Below are positions 37,505 through 49,112 of a DNA stretch of 56,316 nt, piece after piece (the first letter of the stretch is position 1; the number at the start of each line of letters is the position of its first letter). Both the position numbers and the translations under genes were made by a program. Source of the DNA: Octopus bimaculoides. Taxonomy: Eukaryota. A model generated the notes under the pieces. The model saw only the letters and a program-made list of their open reading frames with translations, searched no databases and was not told the DNA's origin. The stretch is taken from contig NC_068983.1 in assembly GCF_001194135.2 (NCBI RefSeq), positions 165,971,878 to 166,028,193 on the forward strand. The letters run 5' to 3'.

Positions 37505-38316
37505 GTAATTTTAGCAAAAGTACTTCACTCTGCTGCTTTGTCCCTTTTTTCCAAACGTTTCCTTTCTGTCTGTTTGAATCAAATTATTTCCTCATTTGTT
37601 CTTCTGAATCTTTCTAAGTTAATTGCAAAATAACTTTGACCTTCATAAATATCCACATTAATGTGCCAAAAAACACTGATATTATTTATCATTTGAGACC
37701 AGGAAATTTAATCAAACTGGTTGGTGCTTGGAAGGGCATCAGACCATGCCAAGAGTGGCACTGGAGCTTGACACTGTCCTGCAGCTCAAACATCCTGTCA
37801 AACCATCCAACCCATGCCAGCAGGGAAATGATGATGATGACGACTACGACAGCGCGCGCGTCTGGCCCCTGATCATTGTCTTATCTATCTCTCCCCTTCA
37901 CAACTCTACCCACCCATATATAAAATGGGGGGGAGGGGTAGCACTGCATCTCCTACTTAACCCCTCCTCCTCCTCCTCATCCCTCCTCACTATCCTTGAC
38001 TCTCTCTCTCACTAATCCCCTGCCACTACCTCTCCTTTCCCTTCCTATTACCCTCTTCCATCTTGCCCTTTCACATACTTTAGTCCCCACCCCATATATA
38101 ACCCTCCCCACTGCCTTGTTCCTTTCTGACCCTCACTAACATTACTTTTCCCTTTCTTCTCCATTCCCCATTTCCCTCAAAGTGTCCCTACCCTTTCTCA
38201 ACAAGAAACTTATAAGAACTGTCTTTGACCCTAACAAATGGATCACCCATACTGACATAGCAAACAGGCTGATTTGTCCCATCACTGGGTCCAGTTACTC
38301 ATCCCGTTATTAGGAC

Positions 38317-38347
<31 letters not shown>

Positions 38348-38549
38348 TTTGTATGTGTAATGTAATAGTTTAGAAGAAAACGCCATTGGTTTCATATATA
38401 GTGTGAACTTGACGTCTCTTCAGCTTCTCTAAACGATAACCGTTCTCTGCAAGGAATGTTTTTTTAAACACAAGAACGCTGGTGATAGTTCAAGAAATAT
38501 TCCTCTTAAAAAATTATGGCCGGACGAGTTGTCTTCCTTTGCTTGATAG

Positions 38550-39134
38550 CTAGGTTTTCCAATTTTGAAGTAAAAATTTCTGAAAATGTGGCCAACTCCC
38601 CACAGCTTCCAGCCTGGTGTTCAGGTCGCCTCCTCCTGGCTCATGTGAGTTCATGAGGATTATATATCTTTCTGCCATACACAATTTACACAGTCTTGTT
38701 CCATTGTGATAGAGTCCACAAGCTTCCAGTAATTTCCACCTGATGCTAAAGGGGATATGATCGTCCTTTAGGCACCATACGTATGCTGTCAGTGTCATTG
38801 TGTTGTGTCTCTGCAGGACCCTGAAAGAAGACCTGTGGTTGTTCAGGCGAATTTTAAATTTAGATTCACAAAATCTGACATAAATTTTAATGTGTGTCCC
38901 TGTGTTGGCATTGATGTTACTGATATTTGTGCTGCTTCTATTTGAGGCTACATTTGCTTGGGACACTGTAGCCTTGGTGTTACATCGGATATCCACTGGG
39001 CATTCATTTCTAATCCTGCATGAACAACCTGCCTCTGCCTGTGGTTCAGGAGTGCTAAGTAATGTTTTCTTAACATTGGCTGCACAACTGAAAGAGATTC
39101 TTAAATTATGTCTGTTAAAGATCTTTCTATATTC
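38550..39134 (-). mobile_element. Penelope-like element: Cys-rich linker and GIY-YIG endonuclease
   Basis: Open frame KIFNRHNLRISFSC...CSCRIRNECP...KIYVRFCESKFKIRLNNHRSSF...IRWKLL...CKLCMAERYII...LNTRLE..SWPHFQKFLL*, the PLE endonuclease C-terminus pattern. Confidence 0.85.
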
Positions 39135-39169
39135 TTATTTTTAATTGTATTTTAATAATTAATTACATA

Positions 39170-39735
39170 ATTTGGGCCTCAAAGAGGCAATGACAAAAGA
39201 CCAAGATCTCTGGAGATATGTTGTGATTGAGAAGACCAGGCAAGGAAAGTGAGATCACAGCCGTAGCCTACACCAGTGTCACATAACCAGTCCATTAAAA
39301 AAAGTACCTTTGAATCATCGGGTAACATTCCATGATTGAGGGGACCTATTGAGCCAAGTATATCAAAATTTAAATCAAATGGAAATTGTAGTTGTAGCTG
39401 TTACCAGTGCTGGTGGCACATGGTAAGCACCATTCATTCATGCATCGGTTGCTGCCAGAGCCACCTGACTGGCTCCCCCATGATGGTGGCACGTAAAAAG
39501 CACCATCCAAATGTGGCTGATGCCAGTACTGCCTGACTGGCTCCCATGCAAGTGGCATGTAAAAATCCCCCACTACACTCTCAGAGTGGCTGGCGTTGGG
39601 AAGGGTGTCCATCTGTAGAAACCTTGCCAGATCAGATTGGAGCCTGGTGCAGCCTTCTGGTTTGCCAGCCCTCAGTCAAACTGTCCAACCCATGCCAGCA
39701 TGGAAAATGGATATTAAAAATTGATGATGATGATG
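39170..39735 (+). mobile_element. RTE-clade LINE 3' end
   Basis: LGLKEAMTKDQDLWRYVVIEKTRQGK* followed by the shared 3'UTR and (GAT)n tail. Confidence 0.75.
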
Positions 39736-39767
39736 ATTGTTGACAAAAATATCGTTTCTTTTTCTAG

Positions 39768-39910
39768 GCCATTCCTCCAGTTGACTTAGAACCTTGTCTC
39801 TGTGGAATACAACCGTTTTTTAATGCTTCTGAAATCTCTGTAATAAGTTCTCCCAAAGGCACCATGATGGATTCTCATGTTATTCTTTTATCAAAAGTAA
39901 CAGAACTGAA
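39768..39910 (+). CDS. HPS3: HPS3 exon 6
   Basis: AIPPVDLEPCLCGIQPFFNASEISV...SHVILLSKVTEL (cf. ACPPVSMDVCALRIQLF...HIILLTK); ttctag| and AA|gtaagt; phase 0-2. Confidence 0.87.
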
Positions 39911-40153
39911 GTAAGTGTCTCGTTTCTCATTTCTTTTCTTCTCTTTAACTCCTTACTTACCAGATTTCTGTTGAGATATTCTAACTTTGTTGTGATTGAT
40001 TTTTCAAATAATGAAGAATTTAATTCAATAGTTTTCTCATTATTAAGCTGGAGTTTGAAACAGAAATCAACATAAAATTTCAATGGAAGTTTTTAGTTTA
40101 CTTCTCTTTAAAAACTGAGCTTTGTATCAAAGAACCTGAAGTGGCATCAAAAG

Positions 40154-40264
40154 GATTAAAGTACATCATATAAACAACTTGATTAAAGTACATCATATAA
40201 ACAATTTGATTAAAGTACATCATATAAACAATTTGATTAAAGTACATCATATAAACAATTTGAT
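40154..40264 (+). repeat. 27-bp minisatellite, 4 copies
   Basis: GATTAAAGTACATCATATAAACAATTT x4, one substitution, no spacers. Confidence 0.95.
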
Positions 40265-40680
40265 GACCAATTTTAAAGAAATTTTTATCAAATTATTGAA
40301 TATTTGTTATAAAAAAAAACATTTCCACCACTTTACTCTGCTGGGATGTTTTAATGATTTTTTTTTTTTTTGCTCAAATTTGAAAATTTGGATATTTTTG
40401 GAACAAGTGGTTCTACAACTTGTATGCCTTTACTACCACCACTACTACTACTAATAATAATAATGGGGTTTCAAGTTTTGCCACAAGGGCAGCCATTTTT
40501 AGGGAGGGGATGAGTCGATTACATCAACCCCAGTATTCATCTGGTACTTGTTTTATCAACCCTGAAAGGATGAGAGGCAAAGTCGACCTTGGTGGAATTT
40601 GAACTCGGATCAGAGTGATGGGCGAAATACCACTGAGCATTTCGTCTAGCGTGCTAATGATTCTGCCTGCTCGTCACCTT

Positions 40681-40713
<33 letters not shown>

Positions 40714-41554
40714 CACTCAATCTGTGCCTTGGTTAGCTCTGACTAAACGGAACCCCCCTCCTCCCAAGTGGATGTTAATCATTGACGATGAGTCTACCCC
40801 AAAGGGTCTTATCAATTGGGTCATTATTTTAAAGACAGTTGGGTGTAGTTTAGAAAGAATATGGCTGCTATTTTTAGCAAATCAAAAACCATGTAAAGTT
40901 CCTACAACTGTGTAAGTAAGAAAGGCCCCTATTTTCAGTGCAACAATTTACAGCAAACAGAGGAATGTACCTTGCTTTGCACTCCACTAGATGGCTATAG
41001 TTGTCCAGTATTTAAGAAATCATTTGATTTTTATAATCTTATAACTACAAGTTTAAAGTGCAATGCATTATTGTAATGTATCATTGTATTACAGTTCTAT
41101 ATTTAAGAGAACCCCGGTTCGAAATTTCCCCAAGACACCCGATGAAGGCTGGAGGGTATTAGCCAAAACGTGTTAACAACAAACAAGATGAGGACAAATA
41201 TCTGTCAAATGTAAATAATGTATAATTGTATTGTTATTAATTCAAATAGCCAATATTGAATATTGGTGTTGAGAAAAGGGTCTGTAATGTCTTCTTCGTT
41301 TCTCAACCGACTTCTAAAATCTAATGTTTTCAATTCTAAAATAACTTCTTCCCAGGTCATCCTTGGTCAATTTCTTCAGCTATATGATTTCCCCCCCATA
41401 CTGCTGACCCCTACAACTGACATTTTCCCACACTGCAAACCCCTGTAGCTTACCCTATAAATCCATGCCCTCTGGCTCAGTTTTCATCAAATCAGTTGGA
41501 CAATTTTTTCCTCATTTTCTGTTCCTAAATCTGTTTTTTTTTCCCCTTCTCCAG

Positions 41555-41618
41555 TGACACAATGTGGAGTTTGTATGCTCTGGAACCATATAGTGCAATG
41601 GATACTTACAAAGATTTG
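41555..41618 (+). CDS. HPS3: HPS3 exon 7
   Basis: DTMWSLYALEPYSAMDTYKDL (cf. GWNLYIVNTISPVQLYKEM); ctccag| and |gtaagt; phase 2-0. Confidence 0.87.
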
Positions 41619-43582
41619 GTAAGTGACTTTTGAGAATTTTTGCTTAAGATTGAAGCTCAATGCAAGGAAATAAAAGAGAAAATTAAACAGTATTAACCCT
41701 ACTAACCACTAGTTTTAATCCTTTCCGTTTAGATTATTTGAAAATATCATAAGTACACCTTATTCAATGATTGGTGCTTGAGGATGTTGGATAGAATAAG
41801 AAAAAATTGAAAGAAGAGGTTTAAAAAATGTAATGTAAAAGGGGGAATTTTAGTGTTGAAGGGGTTTTAGTCTTGTGAACAGCATATTGACCTCACTTGT
41901 GCCATGGAAAATAGCACCAAATACACTTTGTAAAGTGGTTGGTTTTAGGAAACTGTACTTTCTTCAGATTCATGTATTCTAAGCATTGTAGACTACAATT
42001 TTGCCAAATAAATAAATAGAAGGGACAGACCTTCCTCCACTTTCCAAAAGTTTTCAGTTTTGACTTGACTTTGTTTCAGATTCGTCTGAGATTGTGATTC
42101 TTCAAAAAACATGCATATTTGTTTGAAAACCATTTTGATATAACCTCTCCCGAGACCATCCTTTGGTTCTATGATACAATCTTCCTGTTTGAAAGTAATC
42201 TAAATTAAATTAAAAGTTAATTTAGGAAGGGCATCCAGCTGTAGAAACAGATTGGAGCTTGGTGCAGTCTTCTGGCTCACCAGTCCTCAGTCAAACCGTC
42301 CAATTCATGCCAGCATGCAAAGCGGACGTTAAACGACGACGATAATGATCCCAAGCACTAGCTTAATTATGGTAAACTTATTTTACTAATTTCTTTGTCA
42401 TTTTCAAAATTAATTGGAATAAAGGCAATGGATTTCAACAGAAATATAGTACCAAAAGGGGTTAATAAGTATTCCTTCAATTCCTTGAGGCAACCACCGC
42501 TTTGAACTATGTCTTTTATTGAAAGAATGAATAACCTACACCATATTATTCCTTTCAATCTTTTTTCTGATCATTTCCAGGATTATTTGAACTTCTTCAA
42601 CAAAACCAATTGCTAAAGTGGCTGATATGAAAATATAATACAGTATTTTTATCAATAATAATGATAATAATGAGTTTTACTTTTATTATTATAATTATTA
42701 TTAATTGTTATTTTTGATTAACTGTAATTCCTTGCAGAATGTCATTTGATGATTTGAAAATCTTATCCCCACCCAAAAATTATTCTTTTTTGTTTGTTTT
42801 TCTATGATTTATCAGATGTGGGTAAGTAAATTCATTTGACAGACATTTCCTCTGTTGTCACCTTGCTCAGCATGTAACATGTGCTTGACTTATTATTTCT
42901 TTTGTGTTTCCGTCTGGTTTTTCTTGCTGTGTCTCTTTTCGTGTTTCTTTTTTCAAGCAATGCCGTAGTCAGTCCAGTTTCTTCTTGTAAGTCATTGCAT
43001 TTTGACTTGTTATCATGTTTTTATTTCCATTACTTGGCTTGATGATCACTATCCCACCTCCGGGTCCTTGGGTACCCTCTCTTGCAAGCATTCAGGCCAA
43101 GACACTTCACCTCCTCCTACTTCTTACAAATGCCCTGAAAAGGATCCTCCTCATCAGAGTCATTAATTAGAAATTTCTTTATTAGTCTCCCCCCCCCCAT
43201 CCCACTTAATAAAATACTGAACTTCCATAAAATTTATCTTTCTATATCATAGTAACCCAAGAACATGAAACATTTTTTAAGCATTCAAATATAAGACAAA
43301 TCCTCTTTATGTCAAGAAGTAAAACAAAAAAAGAAATAAACAAAGTAAATCACAGATTTTGTTGATATTTCCATAAATTGCTTCTCATTTCAATCATTGG
43401 TAATTTCAAAGAAAGAAGCAAATCAAAAGGCCAATTGGAATTGAGTAAGAAAGTTTTGAAGAATCCAGTCAATAATTACATCATCCTCTACCTTCGATTA
43501 ACTGGGTTCATACCACTGGCCCCCTTGCACTTATTTCTATTTGCACATTTCTTGCATGTAGGCATGTCATTTTATCTACCTA

Positions 43583-43705
43583 ATGTGTGAATGTAATGTA
43601 TGTGTGTGTGTTTATGTAATGTGTGTTTGTGTCATGTGTGAATGTAATACGTATGTGTGTGTGTGTGTTTGTGTCATGTGTGAATGTAATACGTGTGTGT
43701 TTGTG
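43583..43705 (+). repeat. GT-rich minisatellite (~3 units containing gtgtcatgtgtgaatgtaat-like sequence)
   Basis: Direct inspection. Confidence 0.8.
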
Positions 43706-46619
43706 CATTGTGGTTGCATGCATAAAATGCATTCCCCTAATCATTCTCCCTGTCCATCCTTCATCTTCACCCACATTTCACCACTTCCACCCCTCACCTC
43801 CCAAATTCTCTCTCCTTCTCCACCACCATACACCTGTTCCTCCCACACTCATGCAACACCTACACACCCAAACGCCCCTTTTTTCCTATCCACACTTCCT
43901 TCTCACATCATACCTTCAGCCCTGACAATCACCCAAACCCCTCATCACCAATATTTTTATCTCTTCCCAGTTCTGCCCCTATCACTCTCACCTTTTCTTT
44001 CAAAATTTAAGTGTCATGTAGATCTTCTGCAGCAAAAAAAACCTGTTCTGCTCTGGCCCCTTCCTTCATTTCCTTGCATAAAGCCCCTCCCCTCATTGCT
44101 TTGCATAAAGCCCCTCCCCTCGTCAAGGTATGTGTAGCTAAGGAGCACTCAGCCACTTGCACGTTAATTTCATGGATNNNNNNNNNNNNNNNNNNNNNNN
44201 NNNNNNNNNNNNNNNNNNNNNNNNNNNNNNNNNNNNNNNNNNNNNNNNNNNNNNNNNNNNNNNNNNNNNNNNNNNNNNNNNNNNNNNNNNNNNNNNNNNN
44301 NNNNNNNNNNNNNNNNNNNNNNNNNNNNNNNNNNNNNNNNNNNNNNNNNNNNNNNNNNNNNNNNNNNNNNNNNNNNNNNNNNNNNNNNNNNNNNNNNNNN
44401 NNNNNNNNNNNNNNNNNNNNNNNNNNNNNNNNNNNNNNNNNNNNNNNNNNNNNNNNNNNNNNNNNNNNNNNNNNNNNNNNNNNNNNNNNNNNNNNNNNNN
44501 NNNNNNNNNNNNNNNNNNNNNNNNNNNNNNNNNNNNNNNNNNNNNNNNNNNNNNNNNNNNNNNNNNNNNNNNNNNNNNNNNNNNNNNNNNNNNNNNNNNN
44601 NNNNNNNNNNNNNNNNNNNNNNNNNNNNNNNNNNNNNNNNNNNNNNNNNNNNNNNNNNNNNNNNNNNNNNNNNNNNNNNNNNNNNNNNNNNNNNNNNNNN
44701 NNNNNNNNNNNNNNNNNNNNNNNNNNNNNNNNNNNNNNNNNNNNNNNNNNNNNNNNNNNNNNNNNNNNNNNNNNNNNNNNNNNNNNNNNNNNNNNNNNNN
44801 NNNNNNNNNNNNNNNNNNNNNNNNNNNNNNNNNNNNNNNNNNNNNNNNNNNNNNNNNNNNNNNNNNNNNNNNNNNNNNNNNNNNNNNNNNNNNNNNNNNN
44901 NNNNNNNNNNNNNNNNNNNNNNNNNNNNNNNNNNNNNNNNNNNNNNNNNNNNNNNNNNNNNNNNNNNNNNNNNNNNNNNNNNNNNNNNNNNNNNNNNNNN
45001 NNNNNNNNNNNNNNNNNNNNNNNNNNNNNNNNNNNNNNNNNNNNNNNNNNNNNNNNNNNNNNNNNNNNNNNNNNNNNNNNNNNNNNNNNNNNNNNNNNNN
45101 NNNNNNNCATTCATGCCAGCATGGATGACAGATGTTAAATGATGATGATGATGATGATGATGTCACATTAGACATCAGGAAGCTAAAAATACTGTGACAC
45201 TCACCACCATCATTATTCAATATCCCTTTTTCCATGCTGGCATGGGTTGGATGAATTAAAAGCAACCAACGCGCCAATGGAGGAATAGGAGAGAGAAGAG
45301 TGTGACAGGTGATTTGAAATGGGGATTGAGGGGTTGAAGAAGAAACTAGGAGTGAGTCTGGAAGGAGGTGATAAGGAACAGTAATAGGGGAAACCTTGTG
45401 AAATGTAGGGGTGGAAATAAGGGGTATTGTTATAGCAGCTGAATGAGTTTGGGAGTGGATGTTATGAATTTGATTGGAAGACTAGATATTTAATTTAAAA
45501 TTTCAAAAAGCAAGTTCAAATTTTTTTAACGTAGCAATTAAACTTTTGTTAGAGAATTATATCATGCACTAATTTATCTAATTATGGTCTTTAAATATTA
45601 TTTTACTTATAAATTAATTAGGAAGAGCATGAGGGACGTCATTGCTTGCAATTTAACGAACCTTGTGTTACATTATTAAGTCTTGGTGTATCTCATTGTA
45701 ACAGTATTAAATAAAAATAGCCATCTTTATATCATAATGTATATACACCATAATGTATATATACCACCTATGTATCATAATTTAGTGTATATATGCACCG
45801 TTGAAAGAGAGGATGTTGTGGTTCTTTTGTCTGAGATCAGTTCCAAGAAGGCCAAAAAGTGTCTGATGCTCTCACGAGTCATTGCTGAGACAATATTTGC
45901 CTTGCTCTAATATTGTTTTTTACTTGACATATCCCTGTAAAGATTTTCTTTCAGACAAAAACCACAGCGCCATTGCCTCTCGATGTTGTATCTATTAATA
46001 TGGTTCCCAGTTGGCCATTTTATTATCAAGTCTGTTCTATAAAAATGTATTTCCTCACCAGATTATCTGAATGTTCACTGATCTTTTGCTGAATCTGTTG
46101 CACTTTCTTACAATTTCTTTTCTTACTAACAGAAATGTAATGAAAGTGTTTTTACATTTTAAATGTTTTTTGCCTCTGAATCTTGATGGGTTGGTGGTTT
46201 CTTCAAATCTATAAATCAACAAAAGGTTGTTGGAGCCTGTATCTTGACTGTTGGATTCTAATTACTTTATGAAGCAATGGAAATATATGATATCTGGATA
46301 ATCTATAAAACTAGAGAAATCAATTTTGTTTAGGCAAAGATCTTGACAATTCTAGTTTTCTGAAGTTTTTAATCTTACTTAATGATTCTTGATTTAATTT
46401 GGATTAATTGACTTGTCTTATGGAATTCTTTGTTTCAGTTCTAAACATTAATTCTACACTCACACGCACACACTTACTTTTCTGAATTGACTCTTTTTCG
46501 GCAACCAGTAAATAGTTAATAACTAGTAGTCATAGTAACCATTAAAAAAAAACATGTATTGAGAAACAGTTTGTGTTAACTGGAGCAGATGGGTTCAGTT
46601 CATCCCTGTGTGTGTGTGG

Positions 46620-47006
46620 GGGGGAGCACTGCCGGGATCATTATCGTTACAAGGGCCTTTCTCGTTTGTGGCTGGCAGCTTCTGGTAGAGGAAGGTTGTT
46701 TGATATTATTGCTCTTGTTTGAGTTTCTTGTTGCCATGTTCATTCATCTGGGATCTTGGAGTGCAGGAGGTCAAGGTGCTTCTTGGAATCATCTCTCCCC
46801 ACCTCATGGAGATTTTTCAGGGTTTTTGGCAAGACATTAAATAGCTGTTGACCTTTGAATTGCTGTACCTGGTTCTTAGTTGGGTGGGACCTTTGGAACA
46901 GTGGATTGGCACCCTGTTCAGGGGCTGGTATAACTCTCTTTGCCAAAGTTTGGTACTGTCTTCCATACTCTGCGTCTTTACAATATCGCATTCCATTTAG
47001 TGTCAC
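46620..47006 (-). mobile_element. CR1/L2-group LINE 3' end
   Basis: GQQLFNVLPKTLKNLHEVGRDDSKKHLDLLHSKIPDE resembles the LFN.LP...FK..LD..L..IPD(EP) LINE terminus. Confidence 0.7.
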
Positions 47007-48078
47007 TTTTAATGTTCCTTAATAAATGTGATGAAACCATCAGATTTTAGTGGCTTCAGCTTTGCTTTTTCCTTTGTGAAATCAAGTTTTATTTGGTTTG
47101 TTGTGTTGCCTTTTTTTTCCTCTCAGTGACCTTATTTCTATGTTTTTCTCCCCCCCCCCGCCAGCTGTTATCAGGCATTGATGTATGGTGTTTCATACAG
47201 ACCTATACATTTGCATACATTTGAGCTTCCATATAAAACCAATGAGAGCTTTGTATGTCTAGCTGCTTTCTCAGCTTATTTGTCTCCAACAGTTGGCCCC
47301 GGTCACCTTTATTCCCTTCTCTCTTCTGGACTTTCTCGCTGCTGCTGCTGCTTTCTATTCTGCACCTCATCATCACTCTCTACAATCAGTTCATTCTCAA
47401 TGCTGTACACTCGACCAGTTATTAGCAAATATTTTGCTTTTATTTTTTCCCCTCTTTCACAACTCTCTCTCTGTCTTTGTGAGAGAGAGTGAGTGCATTG
47501 TTTTATTCCTATAATAATTATTACAGGGGAACTGAGTCACAGCAGAGTCAACTCATAGTTGAAGGTTTGTAGTTTGAAGATGAAGAAAGACCGTTTTTCT
47601 TAGCATCTTCTTTCAATGCTCCAGTCTGTTTGGCTGTAAATGGATACCACACTAGCTGCCACCATTTGTGAACCTAATTATGTAGCATACCTTATTAAGC
47701 AAATTCTCCAAGTACAAAATACCCTGACTAACCTCAGTTAGTCAGGGTATTAGAGATAGATATAGAAATGGTTGAAAGAATTCTTGATCATAAATCTCTT
47801 TCCAATACAATTTTATGATTGATCACACTATGGCATCAGATTTGCAGCTAAAAATTAACCAAGAAGTCAGGATAAATCTCTAGTTTTAATTTGTCATTGT
47901 CTCCATCGATATCTACTGATCCTGAACTATCTGGGTCCTACTTTAGTCAAAGAAGTCATTGGTTTATGTTTCTCCTTCCAACAAGGTGCACACCTGGACA
48001 TAGTTGTTTGTAGAAGACTAGCAGATGGCCATACGTGATAGACGAAGACAGTATCAATATTATCATATTGGAGAGAAT

Positions 48079-48692
48079 ATGTAAAGTGTAGATATTGATG
48101 AGTTAATAACAAACAATCATAAAATATAATTGATACATAAATCTCTCCACACTGCATAACTATTACATTAATCTATTTATTAAAAACTGTTCAGCTGCTC
48201 TATAACTATAAATAGTTCAACTGTTATCATTAAGTCTCTCTCTCTGTCTTCAGCTACCAGGCACCAGTGCCATCATTGCCATTACAACAACAAACACCAG
48301 AAAACATCTGATCCTTAAACAGTGTCACCAATCAATCATCCAAGATTGGTAGTTTTGTTGTTTTTTTTGGTCTAGAAAGGTTGGAAGGCAAAATGAACCT
48401 TGGCAGAATTTGAACTCAAAGCTCGGAAACTCAGAACAAATACTGTGAAGCAATCCAATGACTCTGACAATTAATTACTTTTATTACAATTATCAATATC
48501 TGATTTGTGATAGAAGCTATTGAAAATATAATGGATTAATGATAACAGTTGAACTATCCAGAGTTATAGAGTAGCTAAACGGTTTTTAATAAATAGAGTA
48601 AATGTAATAGTTAACCAGTATAGAGAGATTTATGTATCCGTTATATTTTATGATTGTTTTGTTATTAACTCATCAATATCTACACTTTACAT
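48079..48692. repeat. Inverted repeat (~155-bp arms) flanked by a 29-bp direct repeat
   Basis: 48079-48233 is the near-exact reverse complement of 48536-48692; 48050-48078 matches 48693-48721 at 27/29. Confidence 0.85.
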
Positions 48693-49112
48693 AGTATCAA
48701 TATTATCATATTGTAAAGAATGTCTTCATCTATGGCTGCTGTCAAGTGAAGATGAAAATGGATTTTAGTTATCCTGAAAACAATTACCCCAGTATTAGTA
48801 TTATTATTTCCATTTTTAGTGTCAATGCATTTTTATCTTTAATTTTGACAATCATCATCATCATCATCATCGTTTAACGTCCGCTTTCCATGCTAGCATG
48901 GGTTGGACGATTTGACTGAGGACTGGTGAAACCGGATGGCAACACCAGGCTCCAGTCTGATTTGGCAGAGTTTCTACAGCTGGATGCCCTTCCTAACGCC
49001 AACCACTATTAATAATAATAATAATAAAAACTGAAATTATATAATTTTTTATAATAACATACCTATTTATTCTCATAATATTCTGGTCAACTCAAGTGTG
49101 AATATGTTGATG

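Noticed and set aside
39897-39902. Donor AAA|gtaaca ending HPS3 exon 6 at 39896
   Set aside because: It gives phase 0, incompatible with the phase-2 next exon; the donor at 39911 is stronger and keeps the frame.
40154-40264. CRISPR-like array
   Set aside because: Units are contiguous with no spacers, there are no cas genes, and the DNA is eukaryotic.
45953-46100. Extra HPS3 exon after ttctttcag
   Set aside because: Exons 7 and 8 join directly and match the homolog without an insert; the frame hits a stop with no good donor.
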